This document shows, piece by piece, positions 23,853-36,100 of a DNA stretch of 64,000 bases. Source of the stretch: Guillardia theta CCMP2712 (taxonomy: Eukaryota > Protista > Cryptophyta). Every line of letters begins with the position of its first letter. Positions within the stretch are counted from its first letter, which is position 1. Made by a program: the position numbers and the translations under genes. Under the pieces are notes generated by a model. It did no database searches. It saw only the letters and a program-made list of their open reading frames with translations, and was not told the DNA's origin. The stretch covers positions 172,360 to 236,359 of the forward strand of contig NW_005434596.1 in the NCBI RefSeq assembly GCF_000315625.1. The letters run 5' to 3'.

Positions 23853-26800
23853 ATGGGCGACAATGGCGGAGGGAGGGGAAGCACGAGGCCGCAATGGTGG
23901 CGATGGCTCTTCCTGTTGTCATGCCCTGTGCTCACTTCATCCTTCTGTTATCCTATCACCGCTCCTCCCCTCCCTCTGACAGCTCAACCCTCAGCCTTCC
24001 TCCTCCCGCCTGAGAATCCCCTCCTCTCGTCAAGGCCTGCACAGTTTTCACCTCCAAGACTTCGCATGAGACTTGCGACAAGGCTCTCCTCCTTAAGAAG
24101 GGCTGGTTCTTGCCTGTTGTTTCCTCCTCGCTCCTCCTTCCTGCGCCCGATTCCTCCTGCTCTGTCGGGCGAACAGCAGAGGAGACATCAGACTGGTCCC
24201 CGGTCCCTCGCCATGAGTGCCAGCGCCGGCAATGCAGGATTGGGACAAGAGCTGATGCGGCATGCGTCAGAGAAGAATCTTAGTCTAGAGCCACTTGAGA
24301 AAGAATTCTTCTCGTCTCTTGTTCTCGTCCTGCGACGCCACGAGCAGCAGGGCACGGAGGAAATCCCTGCAGACCGAGCAGCTCGCTCGCTGTATTGTAA
24401 CAGCCTCATCCTATCCCTCGCCTCCCAGGGGCTCCATGCAGGCAGCATGTCAAAGAGCGAAGGAGACGGATCCCCGATGTGGCCAGACGATGCATTGCTG
24501 ACCTCCGTAGCTGATGTCCTTTCGGTGCGATTGGTTTGTCACAAGCGGGGTCAGGAGGCTGCGGGTGACAGTGGGGATATCATGGTATTTCATTGAAACA
24601 TGACATGTTCCTTTGTTATCACGCGCGTTGCTCCTGATCGCTGCTGGTGCAGGTGTCGAACTATGGGTCGGTTGCTGCTGGCTCGGAAGTCGACGAGATT
24701 CACCTGGCGACGACGCCTGCTGGTTTTGTCGGGCAGCTGATTCCGAACAAGCATGGCGGGAGCAAGACACAACAAGAGATCGCCGTAAAGCAAAGCTCGC
24801 AGACCGACACGCTCTTCGTCTTCTTTGACCTTGAAAGCACTGGCCTGGATGTTGCCGCAGACCACATCACACAGATCGCGGCAGAAGCGTACATCATGCC
24901 TTCATTGGATTTGGCAACAAGTGCCGATACAGAACAGAAACCGTCAGCGCGTGCGGAGCTGTTGAGCAAGTTCTCAAGATTGGTTCAGCCGGGTGTACCC
25001 ATAAGCCCGCCAGCCTCTGCGATCACGGGGCTGACCAACGAGATGCTTGCGGATACTCCCAGGTGAGGTCGAACCCCTGGGGATGAACAAGTGCTGAGTG
25101 TTGTCTCCTCTTGCAGGTTTGATGAGCAGGGAAAAGAGTTCCTCGCATGGCTGGAAGAGCAGGTACAGAAGTGCAGAGGATCGCTGGATGCCAGCAGGGG
25201 CTTGCGGACGGTGCTGATCGCGCACAACGGGTTGAAGTTCGATTTCTTGCTGTTAGGGCACGAGATGAGGAGGCACAACCTTCCTACTTCTGCCTTGGAG
25301 GAATTCACGCTGTGGGACACGCTGGTTTACTTCAGAGAGAGGGGACACAAGGTCTGCAAACTTGGTGTCCTCTTCGAAGAGAAGTTCAAGAAACCTCTTG
25401 ACAACGCGCACGATGCCACTGTTGACGTGTCAGCGCTGGCCCATCTCACGCTCCGCGCATTCAACGATGACGCGGCGCCAAGTGCTGATGGAGCATCATT
25501 CATGCCGGTGGCAGCGGCTGAGGTCGCTTCTGTCCTCGAGCACGTGGACGAGAAGGGCGTCTGTGCGATCAGTTCAGTGTTCTTCCATGACCAGGCAGCT
25601 CAAGTCGTGGAGGATGTGGAGAGGTGGACAGCAAGTGGATCAAAGTCAGATCGACCCCTGGCCGTCTTGTCGGCATCGCCTCAGACGGTACCGGCCGATG
25701 GCGGAGTGAAAGTGAACTGCTTGATCGAGAACCTGGAGGCCACGGGCAAGGATCAAATACTAGCCCTCATCCGTGCTGACCCCAAGCGCAAAGCCAAGCC
25801 TGGCGAGAGCGACTTTCAAGGGATAAGACTGACAGTGCTTGACGTGCGCAAATACTCGTTGCAGCAGGGTGAGGGCACCGGGGGCGAGGCTCCGTCGTTC
25901 ACCTGGTGATTTTCTTTCTACTTCAGGAGAACAGCTGAAAGTTGCTGTTGTATTAGTGTGACGGTAGCGATCCCTCCTGCTCCTGCTCAGGAGAAGGCCC
26001 CTGCATCGTTGGAAGTTTTCATAGGTGACATGAGGCCGTTGGACGAGTTTGTCTCCTTCAAAGTGGACTATGAGAGAGGTACTTGACTGACATGTGTCAT
26101 TCTTTTTTCTCAACTGAACTTCCCTATGTTTCGCACTGTTTGCTTTGCACGGCAGCCTGGCAAAAGAAGTATTTCAATCCTTTCTCTCAAGGACTGAGCA
26201 AGAAACCAGAGACGAGCGTTTCCCCTCCACCTGCCCATGCTCCACCGGTGGAAAGCCTCAAGGGAAAGGACTTGTACCAGGCGCTCGAGCAACTTCCGAG
26301 CGACTGGAGAGATTTCCTAGCGGATGAGACGGACAAAGAATACTTCAAGGACCTCAACGATTTCTACGTGGATGAGGTTTCCAAAGGCGCTACTGTCTAC
26401 CCTCCCACTCGAGACATCTTCGGGGCCTTCTGCCTCTGCCCTCTCGACCAAGTCTCAGTCATCATCGTCGGGCAGGATCCGTACCACGGCCCCGGGCAGG
26501 CGCACGGGCTGGCGTTCTCCGTCCGTCAAGGCGTGGCGCCTCCGCCGAGCTTGCAGAACATCTTCAAGGAACTCGAGTCGGACCCAGCCGTCAGCTTCCA
26601 ACGGCCTCGCCATGGCTGCTTGGAGGGATGGGCGAAGCAGGGAGTTCTCCTACTCAACACCTGCCTCACTGTCCGCGCTGGGCAGGCCCTCTCTCACCAG
26701 GCGAAGGGATGGGAGAAATTCACCGACGCCGTGATCTCCAAGCTAGACAAGCAGTGCGATGGACTCGTCTTCCTCCTCTGGGGTCAGCCAGCAGGTAGCT

Positions 26801-27010
26801 GATATGCTCCGCCTATGTGTGCCGGTCGCCCTGATTAGCGTGTGCAGCAAAGAAGTGCTCGAGTGTGGATGAGAGCAAGCACATGGTGCTGAAAGCTCCC
26901 CATCCTTCGCCGCTGTCCGCTAGGCGAGGCTTCTTCGGATGCAAGCACTTCTCTCTCTGCAACGAGTATCTTTCCGCACAGAGCAAGAAGGAGATCAATT
27001 GGCAGACATG
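23853..27010 (+). CDS. UNG: Fusion protein: bipartite targeting presequence + DEDDh (DnaQ-like) 3'-5' exonuclease + family-1 uracil-DNA glycosylase
   Basis: ExoI FFDLESTG, Exo[13 protein letters not shown], Exo[11 protein letters not shown]; UNG motifs [26 protein letters not shown] and HPSPLS. Stop at 27008-27010. Intervening exons splice in frame. Confidence 0.85.
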
Positions 27011-27618
27011 AATCGCATCATAACTCAGTAAACACCGGGTAGAATGTTGTTCAACTCAGTACCGTCGTCATGACGGCGAACCGTCCGGCCACGGCCGCCG
27101 GGCCCGGCACTGGCACTGACTCAGTGATGGTGGCAAGTGGGAGTCAGTCGTCTTACAGACCCTCCCGCCAGACCGTACGGCAGTGCTGCACCGGATCACT
27201 CGGTAGTAGTCATCGGATCGCCGCCCAGCGATACCGGGCCGCCGGGCCCGGCCGCGCCGGGCCCGGGCCGTGTCAACCAAAGACACCGGGGCCGCACCCT
27301 CTGTCAACTGTGAAAATGATGGGGTAGGGTGAACACAAAGATCTTCAGTGCTCGGTAATTTGTAAAGGAAAATCGAGCTGAACAGGGGGTAGGGTGGTGA
27401 ATGTGGAGGGTACTAAATCCCCGAGGGTGGTCTGGGAACTTGCGAGCGCAGGGCGGATCAACTCGCATACCTCACACCGCTCGCCCTCGTCCTCCTCCTC
27501 CTCCTCCTCCTCCTCCTCCTCCTCCTCCCTGTCCCAGACCCCCTGGCTGTGTATCCCCTGCTGCTCGTACATCCTCTCCCTCCGAGTTCTTCCATCGTCT
27601 CCTTCGCTCCCATCCATA

Positions 27619-30600
27619 ATGCATCCATTCCGGATCGGCCTCGTGCTGATCCTTTTCCGTGTCTGCTCTGCTTCCTTCTTGCCGGCATCCCCGATCCTCA
27701 AACGTCCAGCCCCTCATCTCCGTCCGTTGCGAGGAGGATCCGATAAGATGGAATCTGAAGGTGGCGAGCAAGCCAGAAGCAGCTGGGTGCTGACTGTGGA
27801 CTTCGGGTCCCAGAAGACTATGGCTTCCCTGGTGAAGGTAGGAGAGGAGGGGTCGACCTCTCCTCCCTTCCTCGTCCACAATGACCTCTCCCGCTTCGAG
27901 ACTCCGACCGAGGTCTCGTTCCGAGGAAAGACCTGCGAGACCGGAGAGCTTGCCGCCATGCAGCCAGCAACCAACGCGCACAATGTCGTGAAGGAGTTTG
28001 TCCCTTACGTCGGGCTGCCTCCAAGAGAGGTGAGGGAGGCGGCTATTGCTCCAGGCTTCAGGGTATCCGATGATGACGTGCTGCCCGTGACGTGCGCGGC
28101 TGTCGAGTTCGATGGGAGTGACTCGTCGTTTCCCCTCGAGCTGGTACTTGCGAGGCACCTGGAGGGAGTAGTGGGCTGCGCGAAGCACCAGCTCGTGGAG
28201 ATGAGGAAAGTACCATCCAAGGACGCGGCTGACATCCGACTGGCAGTCATCCTGCCTGGCTGCTTCACTCCTCGGCAGGCCAGGGCGCTAGAGGACGCGT
28301 GTAGGATCGCAGGGGTGGAGGACGCATACCTGGTCCCCGCGCATCAGGCTATGGCGCAGGGGTACGAGCAGCGGCACAAGCCAGAGATCGAGCAGATGAG
28401 GAACTCTTCCGTGAAGGAGCAGACGATCGCTATAGTGGATGTTGGGCACATGATCTCTTCGTGTGCCATAGTCCGCTTCACGCCAGGAGAGAGCAAGGTT
28501 GGGAGGAGAGCAAGTGAAGTGAACGAGAGAGCGGTGGTGGTGATGATGATGGAGATGATGATGATGATGGAGATGATGATGATGATGGAGATGATGATGA
28601 TGGAAATTGTTGAGATGACGGTGGTGGTGGTTGCCGCGGCGGCGGCGGTGGTAGTAAGATGGAGATGATGATGGATATGATGTTGGTGTCGGAGGTAGTG
28701 GTTGTGGAGATGATGATGGTGGCGATGATGATGGTGTCTATAGTACGATAAGCATTATTGACGCTCTTCACTCAGATCGTCTCTGCCAAGTCAATCTTTG
28801 GCGTCGGAGGTGCAGCCGTCGACAGCATCCTGGTCTCGCACTTCAAGGAAGATATCGAGAGGAAGTACGGGAGTGGTTGCTGCGAGTCTCCCCGATCTTT
28901 GTTCCGCCTCCGGGCCGCGTGCGAGAAGCTCAAGAAGATGCTGTCGACGATCGATGAGTCAGAGGTGAGAACCTGAGGACTTCCTGCCGTTCCCCCTTCA
29001 CCTCCGCTTGCCAGGTTGGTGTCGACGGGCTGCTGCCGGAACGTGACGTGACCATCAAACTGACCCGGCACCGTCTGAACGAGATGATTGCTCCTCTCTG
29101 CCATCAACTCCAAGAGGTGAAAACTTGGTTGTCCCTCCTCCCCCCTCCCCCTGCCTCTTACTACCTCCCTCCCCCTCCCTTCCCCTCCACCTCCTCCCTT
29201 CCTCTCACCAACACCCTCCACGTCGCTCCCTTCCTCCCTCCCTCCCTCCCTCCCTCCCTCCCTCCCTCTTCTTTCCCCTCCCCCTCCCCCCGCCTCCCTC
29301 CTCTCAACTTCCCAATGCTCCTTTCTCTGTTTCCTCCTTCCCCTCCCAGTCTCACCTTGTCTCCTCTGCCCCTTTCCCGACCGACCCCTTCATCCTCTCC
29401 CCGGGCCGCTGACGCAGCTCCTTCCCAGCTTGTCAAGTCGACGTTGCAGACGGAGGACTCGTTTATCGAAGGCTCTTCCCTGGACGGAGTTGAAATCATC
29501 GGCGGCGCCTCCCGTATCCCCTGCCTGGCAGCTGTTGTGCAGGTAAGGGACTAGGGTCTGAAGCTGATGGTTCTCCGCTGAATCCTCCTCAGAGCGCGTT
29601 CGACGGCAAGGAGCTCCGCAAGACCCTCGACTCTAACAGTGCGGTACGTGCTAGTGCGTGAGGAGGAGGGTGCGAGTTGTGGTGATAAGCCCGGAGAGGA
29701 GGAAGGAAGTGGAGCTAGATATCCAGATAGTGAAGTCCTGCTATGTAGTGTAACAGACTTTGATGGAGAGTGCAGAGAGAACAGGTCGTGATGCGAAGAG
29801 TTAGAGAGATCGAGGTTGGAGGCTGGCAGGTGAAGACCGAAGGAAAAGGGGGAGATGAAATCAGAGAGGAGAAGCGAATGTTGCAAGATTTTGCAATCTG
29901 TTTGATCTTTTGTGCAGTTGTGTATTGGGGCAGCAAACCCCGCTGCTCAATTCTTTGATCCTGCGGTCAGCCAAGGTAAGAAGGTTATCAATCAGCAGGC
30001 AGAAGAGATGAATGGTCTTGTCAGAAAAGAAAGACTGTAACCTTCAAAACGCTCTCAAGAGCTTCGACGGTGAAAACTTGTGCTGCTGTTGCCGCTGCTT
30101 TGGACGTGCAATTGTGATGACGTTGCTTCAAACTTGTGTTCATCTTGCTTTTTTTTGTGTCTCTGCCGTGTCTGCTTGTCAGAACTACACTATGCCGGAT
30201 TGTTTCTCGCAAGATCCATTGACCTGCTTTATCTGCTGCACCCAACGGCAGTGAAAGGCTTGGAGGAATCCCATTTGAAAGGACTGAGAGAGAAGCACAT
30301 GGAGGTAACTTGTTACACGTTTTCTCTTCTTCCGTTTGACGCCTGCGTGTAAAGATCTCGGAGATGCAGGCTCAGTTGAGAAGGTTAGAAGTCGCCATGA
30401 ACAACCTCGAGTCGAAGATGTCAGGTGATGAGAAGCGGATGATGATGAGGATGAGGATGAGAAGAATGGGAAAGAGGATGAAGTAGACGATGGAAGCGAT
30501 ATGATAAAGATTATGATGGCAATGTTGATGACAATTTTCATATTGAAATTTTGGTGAAGAGACGAGAGAAGCTCTTCGGGGAAAACATGCTCACCTTATG

Positions 30601-33003
30601 AAGCGTGACGAGACGGAGGTGAAATCTGAGAGAGTGAGAGGAGGAAGGGAGATTGACAGACTTTCGTTTCATCCAGTCGGCCTTGAAGGAGGTGGAGGAA
30701 TGGTTGGAGCAGGTCCCTCAGGTAAGAGGAAGAGGATGACGAGGGCAAGGAAGGGGTAGATTGGGAGAGAGGACGAAAGCAGACTAGAACAGGAGGAGGG
30801 GGAGGAGGAGACAAGAGAAGATTGGAAAGGAATGTTCGAGAAGAGAGGGAAGGGGAAGGGGAAGGGGAAGAGAGGTGAAGGGGACGAGGGGGGAGGGAGA
30901 AGATGGAGGGCTGGGGGGCATTCATGTCTCGTGTTGGGCAGGAGGGTTATTCCGTTGAAATGTTGGAGAAGAAGAAAGAAGAGTTAGGTAGTACCATGAC
31001 ACTACTCCTGACTTCCTCGTTTCTTCTCATTCTTCTCCTTCCCCCTTGCTTGATCGTCTCCTTGTATAGTCTCCTCTCCTATAACTCCCTGGCATTTGTT
31101 GTCTCTGTATCTTCTCCTCATTTTATCTGTCTCCTCCCTCCTCCCTCCTCCCTCCTCCCCTTCTCTCTCCTCTTCTCTTCTTTCCTCTCCTACTCTTCTT
31201 CCTCTCTCCTCTCCTCTCCTCTCCTCTCCTCCTCTCCTCCTCTTCCTCCTCCCTCCTCCCCTCCTCGCTGACTTCGAGGCCTCAGAGCTGAAGGTTCGCG
31301 AGCTCAACTCGAAGATGTTCGAGCAGCTCGAGAAGCAGGCGGACGAAATGAGTCGATCGGTTGGTTGAGAAGGTGACGAGCAGAGACTGAAAGTCAAGCA
31401 GATGGAGCGAAGTGCTCAGGAGCGAAGACAAGAGGAGGCGAATCAGGATGTGAGATGACGATAGTGGTGGTGGTGGTGGTGGTGATCATGACGATTCGTG
31501 TTTATGTTGGTCTTGAGGAGGAAGAGAAGGATCATAGCAGGTTGGGGTGGGGAAGGATGTGCGAAGAGGGGGAAGAAAGTGTATACGATTGAGGTGGAGG
31601 AACTGCACAAGAATGATAATCCCTTGCTACTGCAGAAAGACGACCACGACTTCCGAAAGCTTCGTTTCGATGAGAGGTCTTAACCTTCCTCCCTTCCTCC
31701 CTTCCTCCCTTCCTCCCTCCCTCTCCTACCCCCCCCCCTCCCTTCCTTCATCCTCTTCCTCCATCCTCTTCCTCCCTTCTTTTCCTCTTGCACCACCCCT
31801 GATCTACATGGCAGAGTCAGGATGGCAGAGAACAACAAGAAGGAAGCCAACGAGCTCTTTCGGTCAATCCTTCACCTTCCCTCCCTCTCCTTCCCTCCCT
31901 CTCCCTCTGCCTCTCTGCCCTCTTACCTCCTGCCTTTCTGCCTCCACTGGCCTCCCTTCCCTCGTCCTTTCTCCTTCCTCCACTTTTCCCTCCTTCCCTT
32001 CTCACAATCTGTTCCGCCTGGCAGTGACGGCAATGTCATGCATGCAATCGACCGTTACAACAAGGCGATCGGGTGAGGGTTCCGAGCCTCCTCCCCTCCC
32101 CTCCCCTCCCCTCCACCAAGCAGCTTCGTTGTAATCAGTTCAACGTCACCCCTTCCTCCACTCGCAGCTGCCTCTCCCTTGCCGTCCCTCTCCCTCTCCT
32201 CACACCGCAGCAGGCACTGCATGAAGATCGTAGAGACTCTCAGGCCGGAGCAGGTAAAGGAGGAGGCCAGGAGGGGCTGATGTGATGCAACTTGCTCGGC
32301 AGGAGAAGCAGCTGAACGAGCTGAAGGGGGTCATCGTCCTCAACCTCGCACAAGCCTTCTTCAAACTCAACAAGGCTCGTACCTCCTTGTCTACCTCCTC
32401 CTCCAACTTCACCAACACAACCACAACCACCTGCTCCTGCACCTACTCCTGCTCTTCCGTTTCATCCTGTACTTCTTGCTCCCCAGTACTCCCTTCCTCG
32501 TCCCGTGTCTCATCTTTATGCTCGTTCCTGCTGCTTTCTCCATCTTCGTCTCTGCCATCCCTGCCATCCCTGTCATCCCTCCTTTTCAACCTCCTCCATC
32601 CTAATTTTTGAGAGTATTCCTTCTCTTCTCTTCTCTTCTCTTCTCTTCTCATTTTCTCTTCCTCTTTCTTCTCATTTCCGCCTCCTTTTCTCACGCTCGT
32701 CTACAGTTTCAGAAATGCATCGACAACTGCAACGACTGCCTTCGCTACTCTCCCTCGCTCAGCAAAGCCAAGTTTCGAAGGGCCCTGGCGTACGAGCAGA
32801 TGAACCTCCTTGACGAGGCAGAGAAAGATGCCAAAGTCCTGCTGGAGGAGGAGCCGGAAAATCCCAACTACACTGCGCTGTCAAAGAGGGTGAGGGGACT
32901 TTGACCAGGTTTGACATCAGTTGATTCTGTTGAGCAGCTGGGGTTAAAGCTGCAGAAGAGACTGGACAAGGAGAAGAACATCTGCAAGAAGATGTTCGGA
33001 TGA
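27619..33003 (+). CDS. Hsp110/Hsp70-superfamily nucleotide-binding domain fused to a C-terminal TPR domain, with a signal peptide
   Basis: NBD motifs VDFGSQ, IVDVGH, RLRAACEKLKKMLS, VEIIGGASRIP and GKELRKTLDS. TPR segments KKEANELF, AIDRYNKAI, LNLAQAFFKL and KAKFRRALAYEQMNLLDEAEKD. C-terminus KKMFG*. Confidence 0.85.
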
Positions 33004-33103
33004 AGGTGCCCCAGATGGTTCAAGACACGAGGAATTATTCAAACAAACAAATGCTATCATCTCATAGTACAACAACCTGCTGCTCAACAGCTTAATTAAC
33101 TTT

Positions 33104-36100
33104 TCACTCCTGCTCCTCCTGCTCCTCCTGCTCCTCCTGCTCATGATTGTCATCATCGTCGATAGAAGGCCAGGGGTCCGATGGCGACGCGTCGCCCGTG
33201 AATCGGAGGATGCGGTCAGGAACGTAACGCGGCGCGTCATCTCGCTCGAAGGCCTGAGCAGCAGGGGTCAGGAGCTCCTGCAGGGCAACCCAGCCGCTCC
33301 TCACCTGGATGCCCCCTCCTGGACCCATATCGCTCATGGTGAAGGGAAGAGGGTTGTCAAACTTCATCTCCGCGAAGAATTTCCTGCTCGAGCTCGTCAG
33401 ACTTGGGGAAGGGAAAGGAACGAGAAATAGGAGGGCGGAGGTGGAGGGAGGAGGAAAAAGGAAGGTTCTGAGAGAAGACCATGACGGAAAAGGAGGAGAG
33501 AAGAGTAAGTGGCCGAGAAGGAGGTAGTAGAACGTCAGGATAGCATCTGACCTTCTCCATTTCTTCGGAAGGAACGACTCAATGTCAAGGCAGATGCTTG
33601 CCCTGCGCATGATATCTCAGCACCCGGCAAGCCTCCCTTTGTCTTCTCCCTACCTGTGCTTCATCGCAAACCCCTCCTTGTCCGAGGTCAACTTATCGTA
33701 GGTGATGGTGAGCTGAGCGATGAGGATGTTGAGCATGCCGACCGTGACGCAACTTGAAGAGATTTCAGCGACCGAAGAGCATGAAAGGATGCAACTCACG
33801 TGACGAAGGAAAGGAGGAGGAATCTGGTCAACGACGAGATGTCTGCGTACATTGGCTGAGCTACTCCAAGCACCTGAAGCCAAGTGAGGACGACATTGCG
33901 CGTGAGTGACGACAGATACAGCGCAGAGAGGTAGGGGATAGAGAGAAGGGTACGCTGACGTGGAGAGAGGATGCAGAGAAAAGGTGCAAGAGGCAGAGGA
34001 GGAGGAGGAGGAGGGGAGTACAGAGGATCAAAGTAGAGCTCACCTCTTGGAAGAGGATGACAGTCGTAGAGTCCCACCCCTCGTTGAACGGGCTGTCATG
34101 TAGGATGGAAAGAGCAGAGCCAAACGCTGCACATACGTCAGGTCAGGAGGCCTACACCCTCATATTGGGGAGGTGGAGCAGCAGGGGAGGAAAACAATCG
34201 TGTGTCACCAGCAATCAAGATGAGAATCATGATGAGCGAATGGCTCAAATCGTCAAGCATGATCCCGATGGTGTAGGTGAACGCTGCCATGGTCGTCGAC
34301 AGGATGCTGACCTGTGGGTGTCGACATTCAGTGAGACTCTCGGAGTGAGATGCAGCAGCAGAGGAGACAATGAGAAAGAGGAAAACGAGATAAGCATCAA
34401 CGAGCGATCTTCATCACCTGGAACATCTGCACCCACAACATGATGGAGACCACTGCCCATCCCGCTCGATCGCTCATGTCCTTCTGTGTGGACGATCCTC
34501 CGGTCGCGGAGGTAACTGCTCCGCCCGATTTCGCCGCAGCGAGAAGTCTCCGGAAGTGGGAGGAGACCCCGTCGTCTGCCACACTCGCTGCCAACCCAAG
34601 TCACCCAACATGTCCGGCTCATCCCCATTATGTTCAGCTCACCATGTGATCGACCACTCACGATGCAGGCTGTGACGTTTCCTGTGCTGGCGAGGCATTC
34701 TTCGTTGACACAAACCTTGAGGATCAATCAGAGGCCGACTGGTGGAGTGACGGGCGTCACCGGAACGTGAGTAGCGAAGATGAAGATGAGGAGGATGCAA
34801 GAAGTGATCCGAAGGAGGTTCCAGATACTTGCGATCGCCCTGTAAGAACACGAAGACTGTCAGAGCACAACAACCCTTCCCCACAACTTGGCACCTTGGG
34901 AAATGAATCGTGACAGATCCCATCTTGATGGGGATCATCAACCCCTTCCTGAGATGAGAGACCACCACCCACATCTGCCGGCAGCAAGTCAGATTCAAGT
35001 CCCATCCCCACAATCCGTTTACCTGCAGGACGAGCGTGCATACTGCCATGCTCATCAAAAGGTCTCTGACCCACTGAGCAACCACATGTCAAGACGAGCA
35101 AGTGCCACGGCAGCCATGCTTACTTGCAGCGAATCGTCGCAGGCGGAAGGGTCTTGCACGTGCCCGCACATGAATGCGACGAGCATGATCACGTACCAGA
35201 ACTCTTTCAAGCAAAAGATCTGCAGCCCGAACTTCTTCCATTTGAGATCCAACGTCTTGCACACTGCTGGGTGTCTGAACGTTTGATTGTCGCCTGCAAA
35301 GGACATGTAAGAGCACACGGAATCAATTGAAGCAACGGACCGAGGGCCACAAGGCGAGCCAACGGCGAAGTCCAGGGATCCTTAGACTTGTCAGGGTTGC
35401 CGTAGATGTCTTCGATGTAATAGTTGACACGGATCTTGATTGAATTCGGTCAGTCTGGCGTCGGCTTGCCAACACCATCGACCCTCACCTTGCGTCCCTG
35501 CATCTTCTCTTTCGAATGCCAGAGCAGACCATCCAGTAAAGTGGTCAGCAGACTGGGACTTTCTCGTCCCAGCTCGCCGAGGAGATCGTCATGGTACTTA
35601 AAAAGAACCTACGGCGATGGTTCAGGCATGATTCCTTGCTAAAATCCACATACATCTCTCCCGTAGTAGTATCCGTGAATGTCCGCACGAATTGTTAGGA
35701 GATCACTGCATTTGACATTCACTTCACAACATGAAAGAAAAATTTGTGATACCTGATGATAAACTCTGCAATGGCGTACTTGCCATCGTGCAATGCCCAA
35801 TACAGCGGAGAGATTACCGCGCCATTGATATCAATCTAGAGAACCAAAATCACCATCGTGTCAATACCCATCATGTGTGACTTCTCAAATCAACGTTCCA
35901 AGTTGATGACATTCATCGATAGAGACAATCAATATACCTGGCAGAGCCATTCCGATCGTAAATTTCGGGGAGCTGATGCAATTGCCTGCTGCAACGCGTC
36001 GACGTTTCCGCCGACAAGGGCATGCGTGATAGCATTTCCACCCATGTTCAATCCCTTAGAGATGCTGTTCGCAGCTCTTTTCCAGATCTGCGCAGAGGAA

